A stretch of DNA of 64,000 nt. Origin: Vitrella brassicaformis CCMP3155 (Eukaryota > Protista > Chromerida). Position 1 is the first letter of the stretch. Every line of letters begins with the position of its first letter. Made by a program: the position numbers and the translations under genes. Below are positions 39,201-52,100 of the stretch, one piece after another. The DNA lies in the NCBI GenBank assembly GCA_001179505.1, contig CDMY01000480.1:1-64000 (forward strand). Reading direction: 5' to 3'. Under the pieces are notes generated by a model. It did no database searches. It worked only from the letters and a program-made list of their open reading frames with translations, and was not told where the DNA came from.

Positions 39201-40826
39201 GGGGGGGGGGCCAACACACGCATACGCTGCTCTCATCTGCTCTGTCTGTTGTCCTATCTGTCAGTTGTGACAATGCCTCCGATGACGACGATGGACTGGA
39301 CGATGAGCAGCCCTCTGCATCGGCATCTGCGAGCCCTCCCTCTGGCGCCAACCATGGGTGCGCACCACAGACACCAAATCCACCATCACGCTGGTCACTC
39401 CTCTCTCTTTGTTGTTGCCTTGGTGCAGGCAGCCGGAGGCGTGTGTGCCGTCAAGCATTGTGGCTGACGACGAGGGCGGCAATGACGGCGGGCCGTTCGT
39501 CACCATCACACACAAGAAGAAGAACAAGACCAACAAAAACAAGCCCTCGCCATTCGCAGCTCGCCCACCGCCGTCCTCGAGTGCCGCTGATATGGCGTCT
39601 CCCGGCCCTGCTGCCGCCGTGTAAGACACATGCACCGTCCGGCCGGTATGTCTGTCCCCCACGCAATGCACCCGTGCCTGTTCTGCAGAGGCATGGATCG
39701 TCACGTGAGTGTGTCGCCATTCGACATGACAACAGCCGCACTGGCCAAAGTCAACCAAAACAGGTGGGCATGACATACCTGCCTGCCGTTGGACTCACGA
39801 CCATCTGCATGTCCTTCTTTCCTGTTCAGCCTGATGCCCACACTCACACCACCTGGTGGCCATCACAGCAGCCCCCCGGCCTCTCCTACCATGGCCGCTG
39901 CTGCTGTTGCTGTGCCTGCTGCTGCTGTGGCTGCGGCATCTGCTGCTGGGGGCGATCATGGCGAGTGGTCTGCCCATGGGTATGGTGATCGTCCCTTCCC
40001 TCTGTTCGAGACGGACGAGACACCTGCGGCACACAGCAGGGGCAGCGATCAGCTGCCGATGGGGTCGTCGGCCGACCGACAGGGCAACCACACAGACACC
40101 GCTGCTAAGGAGTAAGCCAATCAATCAAGGGAGCGGTGTGTTATCAGCGCATTATTGACGGTGTGGCTGCTCTCTGTGCAGGTCCTGTGTGGGGCCGTCG
40201 CCTGCTGAGTGTGAGCTGCGGCGTGAGCGGGAGGCGTGGCGGAGGGAGAAGGAGCAGCATGAGCGCGAGAAGGAGGAACTGCGGCGCCAGTGAGACAGAC
40301 GCAAACCCCCCGCTCACTCACACACACCATACAGAGCCTCACTTGCCGTGTGTGGCTTTGTGCTTCATTCAGGCTGGCTGCCCTGAGCGTCTACCAGCAC
40401 TCCTCCTCGTCCAACAGCAGCTCATCCGCACCACCACCACCACCACAGCACGACTACCAGCAGCAGCAGCAGCCGATATCGGCTGCGTCAGGGGGAGAGG
40501 TGCAGGAGTGCGGCATCTGCTTCGACAGCCCCGCGACGGTCATGTACATGCCCTGCAGACACCTTCGGCTGTGCCCTCAGTGCTATGCCGACCGTCGGAG
40601 CAAGCTGCAGCGGGACCTCGCTACAGTGCGGGCGGAGAACGCCCGGCGGCGTCAGGAGAATGAGGACATCGAGAGACAGAACCAGACCCGCAGCAAGAAG
40701 GACAAAATCGCCCTGGTGGAGCTGCTGGATGAGCCAGAGTACCTGTGCGAGCACTGCAAGGTCAAGGTGCTGTTCGCTGGGTCGCGGGAGGAGGTGCTGC
40801 AGTGGGCCGCACAGCCAATCACATGA
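36266..40826 (+). CDS. Large helical protein with C-terminal C3HC4 RING finger (putative E3 ligase); spans gap 2
   Basis: ATG 36266 (MAAEPSPSP). Helical exons, Lys-rich linkers (NKKKRHNRKNKKKK). Terminal ECGICFDSPATVMYMPCRHLRLCPQC-x54-CEHC. Confidence 0.75.
38080..38379. other. Assembly gap, 300 N
   Basis: Run of 300 n between two poly-G tracts. Confidence 1.
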
Positions 40827-41428
40827 CGCCTGCCTTCCTGCCTGGCGTGTGTGGGTGTGGCGGGCGGGCGGGTGGGTTGCTGTGCTGTCTGTTGGGTACT
40901 CCATTGTCATGAATCACTCCATGGCCATGACAGTGAGTGAGGCGTGTCGCTCGCTGCGTTGAGTGGCCATGGAGCGGAGGGCAGACAGCACACAACACAC
41001 ACACAACACACATGGCCGGCCACACGGAGGAAGGAGCTGCGCGCTGTTTGCGTTTATATCCATTCACTTTGAATGCTAATTTATAAGATCCCTGGTTCGT
41101 TCATTCACAATCTTGTCCAATGGATGGATGTGTGGACTGGACAGACATGTGTGTGTAGATGCATGTGTGTGTCGGGTGAGCGACTTGTAACAGACATGCC
41201 GTCGAATGCACTCATTCCCACACATGAAATTTGAAGGGCATTGAGTCGAAAGCATCCCACCCACTCACTCCCATCGTCCCTCCCGTACCATCCATATGCA
41301 CAACGGACAAAGACGCCGCCAGCCAAGACAGCCCCACACAGCACAAGCCCCACCGCGATTGTCCCTTCCTTCGGCCATGCAGTCATTCATCAACACGCAT
41401 ACAGCGTCATCCATCAATCCATCAAGCG

Positions 41429-43343
41429 TCAGGTGGGCGGCAGTCTGTATGCGGCGCTGCCGCTGCCCAGTCCGATCATGTTGATGCACTCGTTGACAAT
41501 GCGACACCGCTCCTCTTCGGACTGACGGGCGGCCTCACACGCCGTCTTGACGCCTGACAGGGCCTTCTCGGCACGATGCCGCATCTCCAATTCGCGAGCC
41601 TCAGCCTGCATGCATGCAGACGCATGTCGGACGGAAGGATGGGTGGATGGATGGATGGATGAAAGGACCTCTACCAGGTTTTGAGCGTCTTTGACCTGCC
41701 GCTCCTTCTGCCGCACCTCCTCACGCAGTTTGGCGCACTCCAAACCCAAACTCTGTCAACACAGACAGACAGACAGACAGACACGGAGGCACGGGTGTGT
41801 GTGTGTGTCTGTGTCGTCACTCTCCGCTCCTTCAGCCACACACAGGTGAGGTGCCGTGCCACACACTCTACTGACTGGCCCGGCCGCTCTCTGTGCGTCC
41901 GTAGGCACCCACCTGCATTTCGGTTTTGAGCCTGTCAACCTGCTGCTGGTGGGTGTTGTAGACCTCCTCACGCTGAGCCAACGTCGACTCGGCGCTCTAT
42001 ACGATAGATACATACACACACATGCGATGCGTGGGCCGCTGCGGCTCGGTGGGGGCACGGTACCTTACCTTGGCTTTCTCTTCAGCAGTGGCGAGGTCTA
42101 GTTGCAGGTCGTTGTTGGCCTTCTGTAGTGCCGCCAGCCGCTGGCAGAGCTCCGTCTCTTTGTCAGCCCGCTCACGCAGCCTCTTCTCATACTTGCTCTG
42201 CATCTCGGATGCCTGATGCAACCAACACAGTACACACACACGTCGTCTCGCCATCCCATCTGTGGGGTGTTCCGTCGATCGTTTCTTTCACGGACCACTT
42301 CATCCCTCCGTTCCTTCTCGTCCTTGGCGTGACGCAGCTCAGACTCCAATGAACGGATCTACACACACCACACCACACCACACCACACCGCACAGACCCG
42401 CATCGACGTGCATTCAATTCATGTCATGTGTGTTTGTTTGTGAGTGGTGCCATCTCACCTCGCCCTCGAGTGTGTCGACCCTCCTCTGGGCCTGGTCGTA
42501 TGCCTCGCGCATCTTGCGCTTGCCCTTGTCGGCCTCGTCCACCCTCATCTGCATCTCGTCCTTGAGACGCTTGCCGTCCTCCTCGGCGAAGTGCAGCTGC
42601 CGAAGAGCGTCGCTGCAACGCAACTCGCTGTCCTGCACACCACACCACACCACACACGCCACCAAACACCAACACCCGCACCAATGCATTGGAACTTTTG
42701 TGTGGGCTGCTGGCGAGGTGACATACACACATACCTGTCTGTCTTTTGTGAGCTGGTCCGTCTGTGTGAGCAGCTCCCTCTCAGAACGGTCGGCACGCTC
42801 CTGACACACAGACAGAGGGTGAAGAGTGCAGTCAATGATGAGAGTACACACGTGCCATCCGTCCGTCTGTGTCGAATCCACCCACCTACCTGTTGCCTGC
42901 ATTTCTCCTGGTGGAGGGCCTTATGTTTGTCCTGCAACTCAGCATGGGCACGCTGAACGAACGGCCGCAACACACACACAGTGGAAGGAATGCGCCCGCA
43001 TGGTGGCTCAGCCACCCACCTGCAGCTCTTCGAATCTTCTCTTGAGCGTGTCATGCTCTGTCGTCATCTGCTGCCACCTGTCCGAACTCGCCTGACATAA
43101 TGAATCAAGGCACGTACAGCACAGACGCACGCAGGCGTACAGACAGACCAGCCAGCGAACGTGCGCTTCTGCATTCTTACGCACTCTTACTTACCGCAGC
43201 ATGCTCCAGCTGCCCTCTCAGCTCATTGGCCTCGGCCGCCTTCTCGGCGGCCTTTTTCTGCGCCTCCTCCAGCTGCTGCGTCGCCACACTCAGCTGCAAG
43301 TACACACACACACACACATATGGATTCTGTATCGTGGGCCTCT

Positions 43344-43376
<33 letters not shown>

Positions 43377-44650
43377 GTTCTCACTCACCTCTGCCCTGAG
43401 AGTGTCGACTTCCTTTTCCTGTGTGTCTCGCGCCTCCGCCCGTTTGGCCTCTGCCGCTAGGGCGGCCTTCCGGTCCTCGAGGTCACGACGAGTGGCGAAC
43501 AACTTGCACTGAACGATCGCACGAGCAGGCTCTGTCGATATTTGTCATAGCAATGTGTGTACCTCCATTTCCTCGAGCTGGCACTGCAGCGACTTCTGTA
43601 CGTTTCTGCAGAGGTTGTCCTGGCGGATGGCCTCGCAGGGCTGCAGCGCACACCCCCGCCGCCGAGGGCTGCACGGCAGACCCTTGTTCCGACGCAAACA
43701 CGCCTGACATCCACACACACACACACACACACACAGTAGCAACGGCCGTCCGTGTAAAGGTGTGTTGTTGGGTGAGTGGGACTCACTTCGACGGCCGAGA
43801 GCGTTTCATATCCGACTGCGTTGCCGGTGAGGTTGAGTTGGGTTATGACGCCGTTGTCCTGCAGGACATTTAGGATGGTCAGCCCGCCCTCAAGACCAAA
43901 CTCGTTGTGGGCGACGTCGACACTCTCCAACGTTCTGACATACACAGACAGACAGGAAGGCAGAGAGAATGAGATTCGATTCTTCAAGCGTCACGACCCA
44001 CCCTCTCGCCAGCCACACACCTGTTGCCCTTGATCATCTCAGCGATAGCTGAAGCCCCGCATGGGCCGACCTGGCACTCACGCAGACTGAAGCAAGCAAG
44101 CAGTAGCAAGAGGCAAGGGAATACGGTCACCGACCAGGCCATGAGGTAGGATAAGGACTGGTTTGCCTTGCCTGAGAGTCTTGATCGACGGGTGTGCTGC
44201 AACAACCTGGCAGAGGTGGCGGAGACCAGAGGAGTCCCTGAACGAGACCAGGGGCACCCAGATGCCCCAAAGGCAGGCAGGCAGGCAGGCAATATGTGTG
44301 TCTGATGGATCACTCTCGCTCACCGAACAGGGTTCCACTCGAGCGATAGCGACCTGAGGGCACTCTGGCTGGCGAGGGCCTTGGCGATGCTGTCCACACC
44401 GCTAGATGTAATATTGTTCGCCTGACAGCAACACAAAACGCACGGCGGCCAGCACGTCAGTAATAGCCTGACTGAGTTTGCCATGTACGTGTGTACTCAC
44501 CTGCAGTTCGATGGTCGTGAATTTGTTCTTGTGTTGCTCGAGGAAAGCGGCGATGGCGGCGCATCCCTTGTCGCCGAAGAACTTGTTGTTGAGGCTCAGC
44601 TGCTCACAGCCGCCCAGTGACGCCAAGTAGTCGGCCAGGAACTTATCCAT
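41429..44650 (-). CDS. LRRC45: LRRC45-like protein (RI-type leucine-rich repeats + long coiled coil); multi-exon
   Basis: LSLNNKFFGDKGCAAIAAFL; LQANNITSSGVDSIAKAL..LRSLSLEWN; IAEMIKGNRTLESVDVAHNEFGLEGGLTILNVLQDNGVITQLNLTGNAVGYETLSAVE, colinear with human LRRC45 as I recall it. Coiled-coil exons follow. Confidence 0.7.
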
Positions 44651-45282
44651 CTTTCTGGATCAATTGGCTGCCGATGATGGATAGGGCCAACGCAACGCGG
44701 TCAACGTCAAAGCTACCTGAAGCAGTCCATTGACACGGACAGACACAGCGGCCACACAATTCAGAGCGTGCGATACATGTTGCGCGCATGCGGCTGTCTG
44801 TGAGATGACTCGGCTGTCGTCTTTCCAGTATTTTGGATGTGCAATAGACGTGGTCCCTCAGCCCTGCTCACACCTCGGAGAGCCACTAAGAGAGAGCGGC
44901 GCACAAAGGGCCACTTCAGCCAGTTTCGCTTTGGATTACGCAGAGAGCGGATGCCGCACACGACAATGCATGCATCAACCACCTTTGGTGGCGACTTGCA
45001 TCAGAATGGGTTTGCGAGCTCCAAGCTCGCCCTTCCCATTTGTTGCCCGAGTCGACAAAAAAGCCTTTGAGGAGCAGTGGAAGGTCGTGCTCAGTCAAGG
45101 AGAAAGCATTGTGCTGAGCTCAACGTCCCTGAGTTCCAGAAACGGCTCAAGAGCAGCTCCCATAGAGAAGCAGCAGTTGGCTGTCCGCCCCCTGCCGCCC
45201 GTCGTCCAAGGGAGGATCAGTCAGGAGGCCTGCCTACCTGCCTGCAGCAATCAGTGCCTGAGAGTAGGCGTGAGAGTCGAGA

Positions 45283-45808
45283 ATGGCGGTCGGCGTGCTG
45301 CTGACCGGCACGATTGTCTTTGCGGCTCTCGGAGTGGCAGCGTGCGTCATCTTTCCCTTCTGCACCGCCTACGAGACGGAGAACATCACCAAAGGGGAAT
45401 CCATACAGTGAGCCACGCACAGACCGCACTGCTTGCCTTGCACTGGAGTGCCAGAAAGGCTGACTGGTTGGACTGAGAGGAATGAAGCCTAGACTGGTGT
45501 GGTGCATGCCATGCACTGCATGCCATGTGGTATTGTGTCTGTGTGCGTGTGTGTGTGTGTCCAGATTGACCATCGTATGCATCTCAGTAGCGACGGTCTG
45601 CCTCTGGGGATTGTAAGCCGCCATGAGAAAAGCAACTCACAGACGCACGAATCGTCGTTCTCTCCCTCCCATTCATTCTGTTCGGTTGATGTGATGCCTC
45701 TGTCTGTGTGTGTCTTCTCCCTCCCTCCCTCCCTCCCATGTCAGTTGGATATCGATGTACATGCACCAGATGAACCCGATGATCCTGCCGGAGAGGGCGG
45801 TGCACTGA
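45283..45808 (+). CDS. ATP6V0E: V-ATPase V0 subunit e, 78 aa; exons 45283-45407, 45565-45612, 45745-45808
   Basis: Spliced product MAVGVLLTGTIVFAALGVAACVIFPFCTAYETENITKGESIQLTIVCISVATVCLWGFWISMYMHQMNPMILPERAVH*. Two TM helices and the subunit-e signature CxWxxW...YxxQxNPxIxP. Exon lengths 125+48+64 = 237 nt. Confidence 0.92.
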
Positions 45809-47248
45809 CGGACGGACCCACCAAGACAACACACACAACACAACAGCACAGAGCAGATACGAGAAGACCCCGAGAAGGAGGCATGACGTACGTGGCTTGG
45901 CGTGCGTGGCTGTCTGCCGGACGGACGGACGGACCGAATGGATGAGTGAGTTGACTGCATGAGATGAGATCGGACCATGCATGAGACTCACTGACTAACC
46001 CGCTCGCCCGCTCGACAGTCAAGAGAAGGCTTTTTCGGTCGGTGCCACCAAGTAGGTCCCGAGCAGCACTCACTGCTTGTATGGATATGTGTGTGAGAAT
46101 GTATGTGTGTGGGTATATTCGATGACAATCTGGCCGACGTTTGTGTAAGCTGCCTATACGTGTGTGTATGTGTGTAGAGCAGCCACCGGCTCGCCCATTC
46201 CCATTGAGTGCATTGATCGACACACCATGCACGCACGCGAAACACATCATCATCCATCATATTTGTCCCAACACATACGCGAGAGCACCGGCTGAGCAGA
46301 GTCTGACCATCAGCCAACCAACCGACCGATCATGCACACACGCCACGCACTTCGGATGCCATCGCGACGTACGTCATCGACCCACCCCATCCACACACTG
46401 AGCCGACATGCAAACAGAGAGAGAGGCTATACAGAAGACAGACAGACAGACAAGACAGCTCTTAGACAGACAAGAGATACCCACACATCCATCCACAAGA
46501 CAGCAAGAATAGCAGCAAGCAACGACAGACAGACAGACCACCATAGGGAATTAGGGTCGAGAAGCCCCCAGCTGCCCGACAGCCCTCCAGCCCCCTAGAC
46601 AGACAGACAGACCGACACAATCACACACAAGCGAAGGGGAGGGTAGGGGAGGGTGGGCCCACACACGTACACGTACAAGGCGATAGATACAAGGAGGGAG
46701 GCAGACATCGACAACACTTTCTCACACTCACACACGAACACGCAGAGCAAGGGAAGGGAAGGGAAGTGGAGGAGTGGTCGGACAGCATTGACACTGTTGA
46801 AAAGTTGGCGCGTCTGTTGCTATCTACGGTGCTGGCTCTCTGTCCCACATGCGACGCGACATCCCAACGCTGCAAATGCATCCATGGTGGGTGGATGCCT
46901 TCGCGACGTGAAGGTGGCGTCTGTGAAACAGCAAAGCCGCCACGAGATAGCACAGCAAGGTTGGGTTGACATCCATCTCGTCAATCAAAAAGACAACAAA
47001 CCAAGGAAGGAAGGAAGGCGAGAGAAAACTCGAGGAACGCAAAGCATGCACGACGGAAACAAAAAGTGCCATGTCAGCCACACTGCATTGCGTCATCACG
47101 TCGATCGACGAGGGAAGATCAGATCGACGAGGAGGCGATCTTCCCTCGGCGATCGATGTGGAGGCAACACAACACGGCCGGCTGGTAGGTATCGACGTAT
47201 GTGGCTCCCTCCCTCCCTTCTAGCTTGTAGCTCACTCATGTCAGTACG

Positions 47249-49050
47249 TCAGGTGGCCTGTCCGGCGGGTAGGTTCGATTTGGAGTGTATGGGTATGATG
47301 TCGTTGGACGGCAGGAAGGGCGAGATGTTGACGTCCATCGAAAAACCATTCAGCCTGCCGTAGAGGGAAGGGGAGAGAGAGGTGTTTGCGGCGTAAAGCG
47401 GTGTGCGTGTGTGAGTGGCTGCCACGTCTCGTCTCACCTGGGTGTGATGATGAGTTGGGAGCTGATGAACTCCCGAAACTCTTCAAAGCTCAGCAACCCG
47501 TCCCTGTCAACATCATACTGGTCGTAACTCTGACAAAGCGCACAGACAGACATACACAGACAGGGGCATACGGTATGCTTGCTTCTGCACACCAACAGTC
47601 CTCTGCCTGTCTCTAGCCGACTTACATCGCCCACAAATTGCTGCGCGCATTCCTTTGCGAGCGCCTCCAGTCCAGCCAACGCACCACCATGCTGGCCGCC
47701 GGCTCCATCGGCCGCCGTGTCGCCCATGCCCACCCCGCCATTCATGCCGGCAGTGGGTGGCTGCCTCATGGCTGACGTGGCGTTGTGTGGCGACGGCTCT
47801 GCGTCGCTTCTGCTGCGGCCATTGGCGTTGGGTGGTGGCTGGGGGGCGGTGTTCTCGACAGCCAGTAGGCAGTGGAACGCGTCGCGCCATAGCGCTAGGG
47901 TGACATCCAACAAATCAGCCTGAACACAAGATACAGTTCTGGTTCCGTTGAGAGGGCAGGTAAATATTGATGTACAGACATACCGATGTGACGGCCGCAT
48001 CAGCCCTGCAGTGGACCTCGAAACAGAGAGCCATTTTCTCATCGTGTGTACCTGCACATGTAGACAGACATTCACACCACCAGCACTGAGGAGGATACCT
48101 ACCAACGACCCACTCCCCTCGATGCGTCGTGTACCATGTCTGGCTCTCTTGAGAAACGTCAAGAGGTCACTCAGAGTGACGCGCTGCGCCTCACTCAGCA
48201 CCGACCGAGGCTGCCCGTCGACCACACCCGAATCACCACGTGCACCCTCGCCCGTCGGCACCCCATCGCTCTCATGGCTGTCTGTTACAGCCACGTGGTT
48301 GTTGGCCGCCATATCGCTGTCGGCCGGCGGCTGTGGCTGTGAGTTGTCAGCAGCGGTGGGATTGGCGGCAGTGGCGGTGTTGTCCTGCCCCTGGCCGGCC
48401 TGTATCCTGTCCTCCAGCCGCTGCTGCTTGGACGGATTGCCCAGCGCATCGAAGATCCTGATCGATCAACAACACGGAATGCAGTGAGGACCTGGCACTT
48501 CGCTCCATGTGTGAGTGTGCGTGCACTGCACCTGTCCCAAAAGACGGGAGCGACCCTAAAAAACTTGGCCTCCCCCAAACGATGCATCATCGCGTGAAAC
48601 TCGGGACGGCCGGCTGCACCAGTGATGCACACAGACACAGACAGACACATGTATATGATGACCACTCACAGCAGGACATGGCATCGGGCTGGGCTTGCCT
48701 GTCGGTTCACTGTCACAGTGTTGGTCGTTTTGTTGGGGCCGCGAAAGGTCCTCCTCAGCCAGGTCAGGTCGAGATGACGACGCCATCGCACCATTCGACG
48801 CCCCGTCCCCCGCACCAGTCACCGACACAAACACCTCCCGGACGTACGCCTCGTCCTGAACACACAGACAACGACGCACAGCAGGCACACAGTGTGTCTG
48901 TGACCCCCCTTGTTGCCTCGCTGTCCTTCACGCGATCACCGATTGGTATTCGTCGTTAGTGTGAGCTTTGCTGCCTCTCTTCTTGCGCGACAGCCGTCCA
49001 TCTGGCCCTCCCGGCCCTCCATTGACCAGCACAGACTGATTACAGCCCAT
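47249..49050 (-). CDS. N-acylated (MGC) EF-hand calcium-sensor-like protein; multi-exon
   Basis: Exon 1 MGCNQSVLVNGG.. (ATG 49050). EF-like IRIFDALG. Canonical EF-hand loop YDVDRDGLLSFEEF. Last exon ends ..PAGQAT* at 47249. Internal exon boundaries are partly uncertain. Confidence 0.65.
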
Positions 49051-49177
49051 TCAACATCCGGTGACCAAAAAACCGCCCACCGACGCGGGAAAAAGGGGCA
49101 GCAGATGTTGATGGGGTCACACCGCACGACACTCTGGGGAGAAAAGCGGAAAGTGTGTTTTCCAAAAGCGAGCTCGA

Positions 49178-52100
49178 ATGGCCCTAATGCGAGCTCAAAT
49201 CCCGAACCTCCCGAGGCTACGTTCTCCTGTTGTCGCGTCCGTACGGGGTCAGTATAGGGCTTCTCGCCATCCTTGCAAAGACGAACCAGCCCGTGTTGAG
49301 ACTGCTGCAGCTGAGTCTCTCGCCACGGCCAGATTGATGCTCGTGCACATGGCGTCAGGGAAGGGCTGCGTGTCGCTGAGAAGGCACCCGCCAAACATCC
49401 CATCGAGCAGATCCGCTGCAAGCGATAGGGAATGTCAACGTCGCGCGTTGTCGTATCGCAACTTGCTGAAGCCACCTGCGTCTCGTGTGTCTCGTGGGGC
49501 CGCCCACTCGAACGATGGCTGCGGGCCTTGTCGCTTTGAGAGGGCAAGCGGCCCCGCCCCGCCGAGGCGTTTCCGCCCTGCAATCGTGCCTGCTGATGGT
49601 TCTTGCAATGGCGGCTCTGTGAGTGAGCATCGCAACATGCTCGAGGACTTGCCCGAGGACATCATGTGCTCCGTCTTCGTCTACCTTGATGCACAGGACA
49701 TGGACAGGTGAAGACAAACAACACACACAACAGACGGCTCCTGGCGATTCCCACCACCTTGTGCTTCGGGATTCGTTGATGTGATCAATCTGTCTGTCTG
49801 TGACGCAGGTTAGGTCGTTCGAGTTGTTTTCTATTCGATGAGGCCCGTCGGTGCAGCGAGCGGCGATTCCAGGAGCTCTTCGGGGCAATGGGCCTGCCCA
49901 CCTACCTGAGGAACTCGCGATCGCACCTGTTCCGCCTGCTGCAGTTTGCACAAGGCACCGCCAACGCCCCGGCAGTACTGCAGACCATCGCATGGGCCGC
50001 AGGTGAACGCATGAATGAATGACGGATATAAACAACATGGACGGAGCTCATCGGCTTCCCTTTCCCCTGCGTGTGTCGTCTCTCCCTCGTCTCTTCAGCC
50101 TTTGGGTATCCTCGGTACATCCGTCATTGGCTGAGCCAGTGGAGGGGAACATTCCCGTCTCGGAGGAGTACGGAGGTGCCAAACGCGCGGGCTGCCGACG
50201 GCACGCCGGCTCTCTACCTCGCCACGCAGAGCAAGAAATATGATGTACGTAGGCGCCCAGTGAGTGCATATGAAAGACAGCACAACACTGTGTCTCTTCT
50301 TTTGTTTTGCTCAGATCATGGCTCTTCTGCTCGAGGCAGGGGCGTGTCCGAATGCACCGCTGAGCAACGGCAACACATCTCTGTTTGTAGCGGCCAAGCA
50401 TCTCGACCTCCAGGCGGCCGACATCCTCATGCAAGCGGGGGCCTCACCCATTGTGGTGAGCAGTAGGCCTTGCGAACGCACCTTCGCATCATTTTCACTC
50501 CGCTACGTGTTTGCAGGAGAATCGTGTCCGCCAATCGGTGTTCATGGCTGTCATCCAAGTTGCCCGAGAGGCCCCCAACCCCGACACAGTGCACAGTGCT
50601 GTCGCATTCATACGAATAATTGCAAGGGTGGGTCGGTCGATAGATGAGCACACACACGTCTCTGGCCGCTGTGTATTCTGCTCGTCTGTTCAGGGACTTG
50701 ACACGGCATCCAAATCAAGCCGGTCAGCCCTGAAGGCCCTCCTGGCTGCCTGTGAGGCAAGGCTGCCCGCGATCGTCGAAACTCTCCTTGACGCAGGCGT
50801 CGGCATGCCCGCATCGCAACAGAGACACACCGCAGCACATTCAGCCCGCTCCCGGCCGCAGAGTGCCCACGCCGGCAGCGTGGCCGCAACGCAGCGCAGA
50901 ATATCCCTCAGGAATGGCGGCAACGATCCTGTGGACATGCTTTTGGGGATGACGCTGCCTGATCCGAGCTGGGTGGACCGGTTTGAGACCAGCATGAGCA
51001 TGTCTCCCACGGCAACGCCAGCGTCACCGTCAGCGCGCCCGTTGAGCGCTGCGGGGAGTGTTGTGGGCGGCAGCGGGGGAGATGGTGACCAGCTGCCGTG
51101 TCCACTCCTGGTTGCCTGCCAGAATGGAAACCGGGAAATCGTGCAGGCAGGCATAAATGGACCCTGACCACACAACCAGTCGCCATGTACGGATGTTTGT
51201 TGGTTGATCAGCTGTTGCTCGAGAAAGGCGGGGCCCAGGCTGATGTTAACTCAACGCTCGCCTCTGGCAAGACGCCACTGTACATCGCTGCTGAGATGGG
51301 CGATGATAAGATGATTGCTATGGTGAGTGAGACGTGGATAGGGTGGTGTCACATATCCATCATGAATCCTTCGTGGCAGCTTTTGATCCATGGAGCGAAG
51401 CTGTCCAGCACCACCTGTACGGGCCGCTCAGCGCTGTTCGCAGCCGTGCAGGTCGGCAAGGATGTCTCATGCTCGTCACACCGGCAGTTGGTCGTATAGG
51501 GATTGATGCCTTGTTCTTGTCCAGGGCGGCCACGAGAAAGCGGTCAAGAGTTTGCTGAAGTTTGCTGACGTACCTGACATCATCAGGTAAATTCCTCCGC
51601 TGTGTGATCTCCTTTGCCTACACCCCGCTTTGTCGCTGTGTCAATGCAGGCCGACGCCCAATGGGGATTCTCCGTTTTCTCTGGCCGAAAGGCGCGGCAA
51701 GGCCCCCATGCTGGTGGACATGCTCGACTGTTACCTGCGGCAGATCCGCAAGCGCGCCCAGCTCCGGGACATGGGCCTCAGCGATGACGAGTGCCCTGAG
51801 GTGTTCGACGCCTATCTTACTGCATTGTGCCTCAAAATGGGGGTGAGCGAATCTCGGCACGAATTCATATATGACATATCGGTGGAAGGCCAATGCCGAC
51901 ATTCTGTATCTGAATGTCAGCTGATTGGTCGTTCGAAGGCCAAGGATCTGATGCAGGGGCGGCATCGCGGTGTCTCACGCTCACCCTGCGCCGCAGCCAA
52001 GCGAGCCCAGACTCCATTCCGCGTCTCCCAGTCGCCCATCAGCGCGCGAGCTGGCGACCCCTCCGCACCCCCACTATGGATGACACCAGAGGAAGAGGAA

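Noticed and set aside
45810-47240. Possible extra gene between V-ATPase e and the EF-hand gene
   Set aside because: Splice-like signals are present, but no in-phase chain with a plausible product could be built. Likely converging 3' UTRs.
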